From the NCBI GenBank assembly GCA_963804645.1, contig CAWDRG010000002.1, forward strand, positions 158,095-222,094: 64,000 nucleotides of DNA, read 5' to 3'. Shown here one piece after another: positions 1 to 9,793 of the stretch (its first letter is position 1; each line of letters begins with the position of its first letter). Both the position numbers and the translations under genes were made by a program. A model generated the notes under the pieces. It was not told the origin of the DNA, ran no database searches, and saw only the letters and a list, made by a program, of their open reading frames with translations. This stretch comes from an uncultured Bacillota bacterium (GTDB lineage: Bacteria > Sysuimicrobiota > Sysuimicrobiia > Sysuimicrobiales > Segetimicrobiaceae).

Positions 1-722
1 ACGTGCAGCTGTGCGTTCGCGTGGATCATCGTGAATCCAAGCCCGCGCGCCGCGCCGACCCACTCGCCGATCACGGCGCCGATGACGCTCGTCGCGACCG
101 CGATGCGCGTTCCGGAGAACACGAACGGGAGGGCGGCGGGAATCCGGATCTTCGTGAGGATCTGCCGGGGTCGGGCGCCGAGGATGCGCAGCAGGTTGAC
201 CATGTCGGGGTCGGCCGCGCGGAGCCCGTCCACCGTGTTGACGACGATCGGGAAGAACACGATCAGCGCCGCCATGACCACCTTCGAGGCCATGCCGTAG
301 CCGAACCATACGATCAGGAGCGGGGCGATCGCGAACACCGGGACCGTCTGGCTGGCGATGATCAGCGGGTAGACGGCGCGCTCCACCGTCCGCGACGAGA
401 AGATCGCGAGCGCGAGGCCGATGCCGACGACGAAGGCCACCGCGAACCCGGCGAACACCTCCTGCAGCGTCACCCCGGCGTCCGCGAGCAGCATCGCGTG
501 GTCCGCGATCACAACGCCGGCGATCCGGCTCGGGGCCGGCAGGATGTAGAACGGCACCCCGAACGCTCGCACCGCCCACTCCCACAGGGCGAGCACCACG
601 AGCAGGAGCGCCGCGGGCGGCCCCGCCCGCCCGGCCCACCGCGTCCACCGGTCGGCCCAGCGGGCCGTGCCGGCGGGGCGTGGCTCGGCCGCGGGCAGCG
701 CGTGGTGGTCGATGGTGCTCAT
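1..722 (-). CDS. ABC transporter permease (SsuC/ThiX-like), runs off window start
   Basis: ATG at 722 overlaps the ATPase stop; reverse translation gives hydrophobic TM segments and a QTVPVFAIAPLL motif; downstream of the TPP riboswitch. Confidence 0.8.
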   Translation of the reverse strand, partial: MSTIDHHALPAAEPRPAGTARWADRWTRWAGRAGPPAALLLVVLALWEWAVRAFGVPFYILPAPSRIAGVVIADHAMLLADAGVTLQEVFAGFAVAFVVGIGLALAIFSSRTVERAVYPLIIASQTVPVFAIAPLLIVWFGYGMASKVVMAALIVFFPIVVNTVDGLRAADPDMVNLLRILGARPRQILTKIRIPAALPFVFSGTRIAVATSVIGAVIGEWVGAARGLGFTMIHANAQLH

Positions 723-1504
723 CGGGACGCCTCGAGTAGTTCCGGCTGCAGCCACGCGAGGATCTGCGCCTTGCGCTCGACCACGCCCGCGTCCGTCGGA
801 CGGCGCGGACGCTCGAGCGGTACCGCCAGTTCGGCGCGCACCCGCCCGGGGCGCGCGGTCATGACGTAGATGCGGTCGGACAGCAGCACGGCCTCCTCGA
901 CGTCGTGGGTGATGAACAGCACCGTGCGGCCGAACTCCTCCCGCAGCCGGAGGAGGTAGTCCTGCATCGTCGAGCGCGTCATCGCGTCGAGCGCGCCGAA
1001 CGGCTCGTCGAGCACCAGCAGGTCCCGGCGGCACAGCAGCGTCCGCACCAGCGCCACGCGCTGGCGCATGCCGCCCGACAGCGTGGCGGGATACGCGCGC
1101 TCGAACCCCTCGAGTCCGAACGTCCGCAGCCACCCGAGCGCCTCCTCGCGCGCCTCGGCGCGGTCGACTCCCTGCACCTCGAGCCCGAGCGCGGCGTTGT
1201 CGACCACCGTGCGCCACGGCAGCAGGAGGTCCTTCTGCTGCATGTAGGCCACGCGGCTGCCGGTGGCCCCGAGCGGGGTCCCGTCGATCGTGACGGTCCC
1301 CTCGTCGGCGGGCACGAGGCCGGCGACGATGTTGCACACCGTGCTCTTCCCGCACCCGCTCGGGCCGAGCAGCGTCACGAACTCGTGCTCCTCGACGTGC
1401 AGCGATACGCCGGTCAGCGCGTCCACCGACGCGGCCCCCCTGCCCCGCGCGGCCGATGCGGGAAAACGCTTCGTGACCCGTTCGATCCGGAGTTTCGTGG
1501 TCAT
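719..1504 (-). CDS. ABC transporter ATP-binding protein (TauB/SsuB/ThiZ-like)
   Basis: Walker A GPSGCGKS, LSGGMRQR signature, LDEPFGALD, ITHD; GGAGG RBS before ATG 1504. Confidence 0.92.
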   Translation of the reverse strand: MTTKLRIERVTKRFPASAARGRGAASVDALTGVSLHVEEHEFVTLLGPSGCGKSTVCNIVAGLVPADEGTVTIDGTPLGATGSRVAYMQQKDLLLPWRTVVDNAALGLEVQGVDRAEAREEALGWLRTFGLEGFERAYPATLSGGMRQRVALVRTLLCRRDLLVLDEPFGALDAMTRSTMQDYLLRLREEFGRTVLFITHDVEEAVLLSDRIYVMTARPGRVRAELAVPLERPRRPTDAGVVERKAQILAWLQPELLEASR

Positions 1505-1549
1505 CGGGCCTCCCGTGTGCCCCGCGCGCATCCGCCGCGCAACGACAAC

Positions 1550-1576
1550 GCGCCGCTCCCGGAACCGGGGCGGCGC
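1550..1576 (-). terminator. GC hairpin, probable riboswitch expression platform
   Basis: GCGCCGCTCCCGG-AA-CCGGGGCGGCGC stem directly 3' of the aptamer, followed by a weak GTTGTCGTT tail. Confidence 0.5.
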
Positions 1577-1581
1577 GCCTC

Positions 1582-1672
1582 ATACTCCCTCCGCTGGCAT
1601 TACCCAGATCAGGTTCCGGGGTCGATGGCAGGCAGCCATCCTCTCAGCCTGGTATACCCAAGCTCCCCCACG
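1582..1672 (-). ncRNA. TPP riboswitch (THI element)
   Basis: Minus strand GGGGAGC...GCTGAGAG...GACCCCGGAACCTGATCTGGGTAATGCCAGCGGAGGGA matches the THI-box consensus. Confidence 0.95.
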
Positions 1673-1694
1673 CTATTCAGTTGTTGGCCCATTC

Positions 1695-1703
1695 AGTATA
1701 CCA
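1695..1703 (-). promoter_or_regulatory. Extended -10 promoter (TGnTATACT) for the riboswitch leader
   Basis: TGGTATACT about 20 nt upstream of the aptamer. Confidence 0.55.
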
Positions 1704-1935
1704 CACAGCCGTGCGCCCGCAACCGCGGCGCCGGGCCGGGCAGCGATTTCGCAAATGGACAGGGGGAAGCCAGACGCCTGCTGGTCTCGGGGCGGCATAC
1801 AAGCTGTCGAACAGTCTTGCGGTAGATTCGCAGGCGGCACGAGTGCGCGAACGGGAACGGTGGGACGTGATGACGGGGGGAGGACCTGAAGAGTCCGAGT
1901 CGCGACTCCGGACCTGGGCATCCCGGCGCTGCCGG

Positions 1936-3200
1936 TCAGCTCGAGTCGCGGGTGCACCTGGGCGAACGCTGGGACGACTTGGCGCGCAACCTGGCAGAGC
2001 GTCGGCGGCGTGTGGCGGGCGTGACTCAGCACCTGGCGATGAAAGAACACCAGCAGCAGCGTATAGGCCAGGATGCGAATCATGGTGAGCACCACGAAGG
2101 CTTGATCGTGCTGCTGGTGCACCGCCGGATGCTTGAGCTGGCACTCTTTCGTCAGCGTCTGGAAGACTTCCGTATCAATGCGCCACCGCGAGCGCCCCAG
2201 CGCCGCGAGCCCCACTGGGGAACAGGCCAGCCGTCGAGGCTGCTGGCGTAGAGGTTCGTGCTCTCTTCCCACACCACCGTTTTGTGCCGCGTCCGGTGGC
2301 CCCCCTCGCGCTGCGACGCACACGCGCGTCTGCGCGTCCCGCCGCACCTCCTTGACGCACCGCACGGACCGGTCTCCCGCCGCCCAGTGCACGTCGGGCA
2401 CATGCCAGCAGGTGCGTCGCGACGTCGAGGCGTACCGTCTCCGCCGGCGTCACCTCACTCGTCCTGCGCGCCAGTTCCGCCACCAACTCGGCCTGATTGT
2501 CCTTGATGGTGCACACCCAATCGAGGCCGAGCGCTTCGATGCGCGTCGATGAACGGCTTGCCGAAATAGAGCGCATCCGCCACCAGGACGTCCACGAACC
2601 GCCGCCCCAACTGGCCCACGAGCTCCTCCAGCAGGGCCTGCGCACACGGCGACTTCGCCTTCGCCCGGCGCCTGAAAGCGCAAGCCCCAGCGGAATCGGA
2701 AACGGCGTGCTCACAACGGCGACCGCCACGATGCGGTGATAGTATTGGACGGCGGTCTGCTGGACGCCGTCGACCATCCGCTCCACCGTCCGCTCCAGAC
2801 AGGTGTCGCAGCAGCGGACGTAGGACTGGCAAATCTCGATCCCGTCCACCGCGGCCACGATCAAGCCTTGCGCGGCATCCGTGCGCAGCACCCCATTGCG
2901 CTTCAGCCGGCGCGCCACCTCGCAGCCCAGCGTCAACACCGCCTCAGGCGCCAGGCGCTCGAGGGTGTAGCGCAGCGTGTCCTCACTGAGCGGCCCGATG
3001 CGATGGCGCAGCCCGCCGGCCCGGCACTCATACTCCAACTGATGGAAGCTCGGGATCCGCCCAACCGCGCCCCAGAACACGGCGGCGAAGACCTTCTGGC
3101 ACGAGTGCTGCGGGTGCTGCCGCCCCTCCGGCAGGCGGGCCAGCAGCGCCGACCAATCGAAGATTTTCTCCAAATACGCCTCGATCTCGTGCCGCCCCAC
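1936..3200 (-). pseudogene. DDE transposase (ISAs1/IS4-like), frameshifted
   Basis: AAVDGIE, VLVADALY and GRSRWRIDTEVFQTL motifs lie in different frames; ends DSS-stop at 1936. Confidence 0.8.
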
Positions 3201-3202
3201 CG

Positions 3203-3590
3203 CTACGGGGCCTTCCGCCGTTGCTGGCGCGCCAGGACGAGCAACTGCACGTTCGCCGTCCAGCACCTCGCGCACCGCGTCCTGAAACGCCCGCCCCGCG
3301 TCCACCCGCTGGCGGATCGCGTCGGCCCAGCCCGCAGGAATATGGATCACCCGCGGGCGCCCCGTCTACGCGCACCTGAGGTGCCAGGCCGGATGGCCCA
3401 CGCCGGTCGCACAGTGGCACGTCGGTTTCCCGCACCGGACATGGCTGAGCGACAGCGACCCCGGCAACATCTCGTCGACGGTCTCCGGCAGGTGCCACTG
3501 CCGCTCGAGCCCCGCCTTCCGCTGCCGCAGCCGCGCGGCCTCCGGACCTCGCGGCGCCGTGAAATCGACTCGCAACTTCGGTTTGCTCAT
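3203..3590 (-). pseudogene. DUF6788-like small Cys/His protein, frameshifted
   Basis: MLPGSL...CGKPTCHCATGVGHPAW motif; C-terminal half in other frames matches the intact paralog at 5089-5457. Confidence 0.75.
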
Positions 3591-3826
3591 CTTGCATCCG
3601 AGTATAATATAAGATACGTAGAATGCAAGCCCGTCCGCAAATGCAAAAATGCTCCTTCAAGGGTGCCTACCGAAAACCCCGCTGCAGCGGGGCCTAGCCG
3701 TCACTCCAGCCCGCCGTTTACGAAATCACTGCCGGGCCGCGCAGGCATTTCGGAATACGGTCTGGGTCACAAGGAGCCCAGGATCCGACGCCTCCCCGAA
3801 GGGACAGGATTGAGCAAGCGGCTGGC

Positions 3827-5092
3827 CTACGAACGTCGGTACGGGTGCTGGAGGGGCGAATTTCGGGGGGTGCAGAGAGGTTGGCGACGCTGGCGGAGGG
3901 TCGGCAGAGCAGAGCCGAGTGGCGCTATGGCTGAACCGCTGTTGGCAACGGCCGGGGATAAGCCGAGATTGATCCGCAGCGCGCGCACGAACTGAATCGC
4001 TGTCCGCACACCGTGGCTGCCGCGATGCAGATGGCGCAGCCGATACAACCGCTCGATCGTCAACGCGAGGAACAGCAGGAGCCAGTTGGCAACGATGCTC
4101 GTGGCGTGATGGTGGCAGAGGTGTTCCATCCCATGCAGCGTCTTGGCCACGTTGAAGCCTTCGTTTTCAATCGCCCACCGGCTCTTCGCCATGAGGAACA
4201 GCGCCTGGCTCGGGACCTGCGCCATCGGCCAGTCGGTGAGCCACATCGCTTCGATGACCTTGCCCGTAGGTTTCGTCTGCCGATACAGGAGCACGCGCAC
4301 CCGGGCCCAGCGCAGAGTCCCCCAGGGCGCGAAGTTCTCCGCATCCCACACCTCCACGACATCGCCGCGGTAGGTGAACCGGTGCGTGGGGGCATGCCCG
4401 CATAGCGTTGTCGCGCCGCCGCGTAGAGGTTCGGCAAGTTCTTCTTAAGGCGGACCACGGCATGCAGCCCCAGATCGCCGACCGTGTGCAGGAACGGCAC
4501 CTTCGCAAAGTTGCCGTCCGCCACGACGTAATCGGCGAACCGCCGGCCCAGGGCCGCGATCCCCCGCGTCAGCACACGCAGCGCCGCCGCGTACTCACTA
4601 TCGCGCGGCCCGTACAGCTCCACATCGCACGGCAAGGGCAGCGTGCTGCCCACAACGCTCAGCAGCACTACGTGATGCCGGTACCCAAGAAGCGGCAGCG
4701 CTGTTTCGTGTAACCCGACGTCGTCGTCCCGTCCACGGCCAGGCCGATCCACGGCGTGCCCGCGAAGGCCTTCGTGCGCTTGGCCCACCGCAGGACGCCG
4801 GCCAGACCGCCCGAGTGCGCCCCGGATCCATGCGGGCCGTGAAATAGGCGAGAGCGTCATTCCCAAACGCGCGGCACACCGCCAGCGCGCGCCGCGCCCG
4901 TGACCGCACCAACGCTTCCACGCCCGCGAAAGAATCTTCCCGCAGCACATGGCCGACCACCAAGCCCCACACCAATGCGCGCGCAGGAATCCGCGGGCGG
5001 AGCCGGCCATCGCCCGGCCGCTCAAAAAAGTCGCCCAAACGAAGGATATGCGTGACGTACTTCCAGAGCCGACGGGGCGTCGGCCCGCTCAC
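3827..5092 (-). pseudogene. DDE transposase, frameshifted
   Basis: DGRLRPRIP, YVVADGNF and KSRWAIENEGFNVAK motifs across several frames; GTG start overlaps the upstream stop (GTGA). Confidence 0.8.
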
Positions 5093-5457
5093 CGCCGCCG
5101 CTTCCGCGCCAACACGAACTGCTCCGCGTTGGCCGTGAGCACGTCGCGCACCGCCTCCTGTAGCGCTCGCCCGGCCGCGACGCGCTGCGCCACTTCTTCC
5201 GCCCATTCCTGCGGCACGCGCTCTGTGCGCTTCCGTCCCTTCACCGTGAAGCTCAATGTCCAGGCGGGATGCCCCGGGCCTGTCGCACAATGACACCCCG
5301 GCTGTCCGCACCGCGTCTCGCTCCGTGTGAGCGACCCGGGCAACATCGCCGTCACGCTCGCTGGCAGCTGAAAGCGGCGGATCAGCGCATGGCTACGCTG
5401 CCGCAGCTTTGCGGCCTCATCTCCGGTCAGCTCGCGTGGACTCATCGCGTCTCGCAT
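5089..5457 (-). CDS. DUF6788-like protein
   Basis: 122 aa with MLPGSL...RCGQPGCHCATGPGHPAW; coupled to the transposase. Confidence 0.8.
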   Translation of the reverse strand: MRDAMSPRELTGDEAAKLRQRSHALIRRFQLPASVTAMLPGSLTRSETRCGQPGCHCATGPGHPAWTLSFTVKGRKRTERVPQEWAEEVAQRVAAGRALQEAVRDVLTANAEQFVLARKRRR

Positions 5458-6594
5458 CTTGTAGGTATACTCCTACAAGATTCCCGCAAAGTCAAGGGGT
5501 CCTTACCAAATGCGAAAATAGAACCCCCGATGTCTCTACACCGGGGGGTGGCTCAAATCCGCTCTGAAGACGTGCGCCTTACTTATGACCCTCGACTATT
5601 CCGAAACTACGCGGGCCGCGGTAGTGTCAAGAGTTATGTGTAGATTCCCTTGAGAGAGAGCGCCTCGCCTGCCGGACGTTCAGGGCATAGACGATCGCAT
5701 AAATAATCCGATCACAGCTGGCTACGTTCGTGAAGCACGTATGGGGCGCGTGCGCCGGCGGACTTCGCGAAACACGCGTTCAATCGCATTTGTGGTGCGG
5801 ACCCGGCGCCAGTCCGCCTCGGCGACGGATAGAAGCTGAGCAGGGCGTCCTCCTCGCGCGTCAGACAGGCGACCGCGGCGGGGGCGGTGGCCTGCCAGGC
5901 CTGGACCCACTGGCGCAGGAGGCGGCGCGCGGCGTGGGTGGTCGGTGCCTGATAGATCCGGCGCGCCATGCGCAAACACGCCTCCCGGTCCTTGACCCGC
6001 AGCCGATTGGCCACGTTGCGGAGGACATGGACCCAGCACGCTTGGCGCGGGATGACCGAATAGACCAAATCGAGGGCGGCATGGAGGCCCCGATGACCGT
6101 CCGTGGTAATCAGCTGCAACTGCTTCCCCACTAACCCCCGGCAGGCCAGCGTCGTGAGAAAGGCTTCCAGGTGGCTTGGGTCTCGTAGCGAGCCAGCCGG
6201 AAATCGATCAGGTCCCGCTGCCCGGTGGGCCGAATGCCGTAGGCCACGAGAATCAAGCGGCGCTTGCTTCCGCGAGCCCTTTCACCCGGAGGCTGACGGC
6301 GTCGAGGAACAGATATTGATTCGGATAACCCACTCGCTATAAACACGAGCTTTGACCACTAGCGACGAATCTCGAACGTGGTTGGCTTATGGCGAACCGA
6401 TGACACCGATTGCCTGCGCGTAACTGAGGTGGACACATTCGCCCGGCGAGCAGGCTGGCCCGCCCACGCCGCGCGGAATCGGCCGTGGGTCCAAGTAGCG
6501 TGCATCCACCTGTGCGTCTCCGTCAGAGATGAGGTAGTGACCCATGCGCGGATCGGGACCAGGAGCGCTGTAACCGTAGCGTGCGCCGGTGGGA

Positions 6595-6887
6595 CTACCC
6601 GGTAACGACCGGCACCTTCTTTAGATAGGTCGGAGTGAGTGCGTCGAGCGTCTTTGGATACGCGTTTTTGTGGTCGACAGCGTACTCTTCGAGCGCCGTC
6701 GCGATCGTCTTGAGAAACGCGAGATCGACGATCGTGTAGATGGCGCGCGGGTCGCGGCTGGGGTTCATGGCGCCGCGATCTGCACGTCGAGCAGGGGGAC
6801 AGATAACATAGACCCTGCGGCACGCGCCCCATCCGACAAGCACACAAGCGCGGCAATCGAGAGAACCGCGAATAGGCGTCGTCTCAT
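6595..6887 (-). pseudogene. Small secreted protein with pilin/GspG-like segment, frameshifted
   Basis: AAAGGAG RBS, signal-like MRRRLFAVLSIAALVCL; another frame gives LKTIATALEEYAVDHKNAYPKTLDALTPTYLKKVP; 3' end uncertain. Confidence 0.45.
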
Positions 6888-6919
6888 GATGCTCTCCTTT
6901 ATGTCGAACACAGTCTAAA

Positions 6920-8445
6920 CCGGGATTTCCATTGTCTGTGTCTGAACACCTTGTGTTGAAGGAGTCCATCTGGCTCTTCAGGGACGAGTGTGACCGACGG
7001 CCCCATGAAAGGCTGTTCGGGCCCGTCCGAAACCCCCAATCCCGGGCATGGTCGCGCTGGCCACCGATTTCTCAGACACGTCCCCCTCGGCCTCCTTCTC
7101 GTCCTTGTTGGCCGCGACGATCGCCGGCTGCTATCCCGCCGGCACCGACAGCGTCGTAAGCCGCTGCACGATCGCCCCGAACAGTTGCCGCGTGAGGTGC
7201 CCCTCCGCCAGCAGCAGCCAGTAGTATCGGGCGTGTTTCACGAGCCGGCCACCCGTCTTCATCAGCCGCTGCTGCAGACTCGTCAGCGACCAGCGTGTCG
7301 ATCCGCTTCGGCAGCCCGAGCCGCCGCCAGAGGTTCCCCAGATTGTACGCAATGATGCTCAGCCACAACCGCACCTCATTCGCCCGGAACCGGTGGCAAC
7401 TCAATCGCGTCATCTTCACTGCCTGTTTGCCCTCCTTGATCCACTGCTCCGCCGTCCCGCGTTTATTGTAGAACCGCACCACCGCCCGGCTGTCTGTCGC
7501 CAGGGTCGTCACGATGAAGCCCACTCGAGGAAACAGTTCCCCGCAGTGGAACTCGATCTTCGCCACCACGCGCCGCGCGATCTTCCAACTCGCGGCCTGG
7601 TACCGGAAGCTCGTGTACCGCACCACCGGCTTGTGACTGGGTCGCCCGACCGGCCGCGTGAGCAGCTCCGCGATGGCCCGCTCCAAGATGTCGTTGGAGG
7701 GGATGCGAATGGCGTACGTTGCGTTCCGCGTCTCCAGGGCTTCGTAGAGCTCCGGCTTGGCAAAACCGGCATCGGCCCGGACGACCACGTCCTTGCCCTG
7801 CCGCTGCTGCCGCTCGAGCTCGGGCAGCAGCACCTGGTCCCACTCCTCGGCGCTGTGGACGTTGCCCGGTCGCAGCTTTGCCGCCAGACAGTCGCCCTCC
7901 CGATTGAACAGCAGCAGCGGATGGTAGCAGGTCGACGCAAAGTGCCCGTTGTAGGCGCTCTGCTCCTGCTGGCCGTAGACAGGGATCTCGGTACTATCGA
8001 GATCGAGCACCACCCGCTGCGGGGTGTCCACGGGGTCCACCCGTGCGATCAGCTCCCGATTGATCGCGGCCAGCCCGGCGAGGTTCTCATCTTGGGTCAG
8101 CAACTCCGTCTCGAAGGAGTGCGCCCGGGACGTCAGGGCGGCCCCGCGCTCCCAGACGCTGCTCCGACCCGATCAGCCGGAAGGTCGGATCCTGGGAGAG
8201 GCGTTCAGCATCATTCACGTCCTCGTACCCCGCCAATCGGCGGTAGACCGATTGCCGGACCAGGTCGGCGAGCGGGAACTGCGTGTTCGTGCCCCGCGGA
8301 TCGGTCAAGTGCTGTGCGATGAGGGTCGCTGAAGCCCAACCGCTCGTCCAGTTCGCGGACGAGGATCAGGCCGCCATCGGAGGTGACCCGCGCCCCCTGG
8401 AACTCGATCTTCAACGCGGTGTTGAACGAGAGCTGAAAGGGCTGA
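6920..8445 (-). mobile_element. IS1380-family element, 5'-truncated, frameshifted transposase
   Basis: QPFQLSFN..FQGARVTSDGGL, LDLDST, YHPLLLF, RADAGF, FYNKRGTAEQWIKEGK; right end ATGGAAATCCCGG. Confidence 0.88.
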
Positions 8446-9219
8446 TCGACTAGCGTCCGGTGGTGGAAGGCCGCTGCGGCTTGATCCAAGGTCTGGGTGA
8501 TCGTCGAGACGGTCGTGGGACTGACCACGTCGTCGAGGAAATTGGCGAGGACGGGCCGACCTGGCGGGTGGAGAGGCCGCAGAGGAAGACGGCGCGGACG
8601 AGTGCGTTGACGTCACTGGTGCGGCGCTGGTAGCGGCCGAGCACCGAGGGCTGGACCCCGCTCTGGGGGCCCGGGGAATATGGAGATCGGGGATGGTGCC
8701 CCACGTCGTCACCAAACGGCGGCGGTAGACGCCATTCCGATACCCCGGCCGGTCCGGATTCCGAGTATACCGGCCAGCATTCAGATGGTTGATCAACTCG
8801 TCATGCATCCGGTTCTCCAGCAAGAGCTTGACCGTGCCGAGCGTCTCCCGCGAGACGTCCCCCACAAGGTTCCTTCGTCCTTGACCTCTTTCCACAGATC
8901 GGTGACCGTGAGATCGGTCAGTGGTCGCACACTGGCCATGGGCGTATCCCTCCTTTTCGTTGGTCAGGTCTGGGGTACGCTCTCTCCCTTGGGGTCCCTG
9001 CTTTTACACACAACACCGTACACTGCCGGCCGCGGGCGCACGGATCACCCCGTCGCTGGCGCGGCCCGGCAGGCGGCGCCGATGCGGCACAGGAAAATGC
9101 GTCCGGCGCCATGAACTCAGACAGCGCCGAAGACGTTTCTGTACGCGATCTCACCATGCTGGGTGTGGACGGCGGGGACGGCTGCGGCTGGCCTGGACGC
9201 ATGCGGGGAGGACGGCGAC

Positions 9220-9690
9220 ATGCTATCGCGATTCACCGAGTGGCGTGGACAGAAGGATAGTCGGGCGATCCGCGCCAGGTTCAAGCTTGCGCTCGTGGGA
9301 CGGGTCTCGTTGTTCGCGGGGCTGAGCAAACGGGAAGTCGGCCTGATCGCCAATCTGATCAACGAGGCGGAGTTTCCGGCGGGGACCCAGCTGGTGAAAG
9401 CGGGAGAGCCCGGCACGGAGATGTTTATCATCGTCAGCGGCGACGCCGTCGTCAGGACGAAAGCGGGACGAACCATCCGGTTGAAGGCCGGAGATTTCTT
9501 TGGGGAGATGAGCGTGATCGACGGGGCCCCGCGGGCCGCGACCGTGGACGCCAGCACCCCGATTCGGGTGTTGGTGCTGGGGCAGCGCGACTTTTGGCGC
9601 GTGCTGGACGGGTCGAAAGCGATCGTGCGCAAGATCATGCACACGCTCTGCGAGCGCCTCCGGGAGACCGACAAATCGGCCTCGGAGTGA
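9220..9690 (+). CDS. Stand-alone cyclic nucleotide-binding domain protein
   Basis: GDFFGEMSVIDGAPRAATV phosphate-binding cassette; no HTH; GGGGAGG RBS. Confidence 0.9.
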   Translation: MLSRFTEWRGQKDSRAIRARFKLALVGRVSLFAGLSKREVGLIANLINEAEFPAGTQLVKAGEPGTEMFIIVSGDAVVRTKAGRTIRLKAGDFFGEMSVIDGAPRAATVDASTPIRVLVLGQRDFWRVLDGSKAIVRKIMHTLCERLRETDKSASE

Positions 9691-9793
9691 GCGGCGGCCC
9701 GCGACCGGCCGCCCGCCTGGTGATGCGCGGCCACCGCCGTCGAGAGCCCCGCGGGCGGTGTCGCACCGCTTCGCAGCGGAGCTAGTGGTTCGG

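Larger units (their letters stand above)
1741..3731 (-). mobile_element. Two-gene IS (DUF6788-like ORF + DDE transposase), element A
   Basis: TIRs CAGCGATTTCGCAAATGG and CAGTGATTTCGTAAACGG (rev. comp. of right end); flanking CCGGG direct repeat at 1736-1740 and 3732-3736. Confidence 0.85.
3742..5611 (-). mobile_element. Two-gene IS (DUF6788-like ORF + DDE transposase), element B
   Basis: Imperfect TIR CAGGCATTTCGGAATACGGTCTGGGTCACAAG vs CGTAGTTTCGGAATAGTCGAGGGTCATAAG; CGGGCCGCG on both flanks; right boundary approximate. Confidence 0.75.
5620..9027 (-). mobile_element. IS256-family element, split by a 2.1 kb insert
   Basis: Ends GGTAGTGT...TTATGTGT and GGCAGTGT...TTGTGTGT; halves 5620-~6320 and ~8446-9027 align with the copy at 59942-61230; YRNG, TDGHRGL, QACWVHVLRN, RTTNAIER motifs. 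Confidence 0.88.

Noticed and set aside
5611..9036. Target-site duplication for the first IS256 copy
   Set aside because: The 9-bp flanks GCGGGCCGC and GGCCGCGGG do not match, unlike the clean TSD of the second copy
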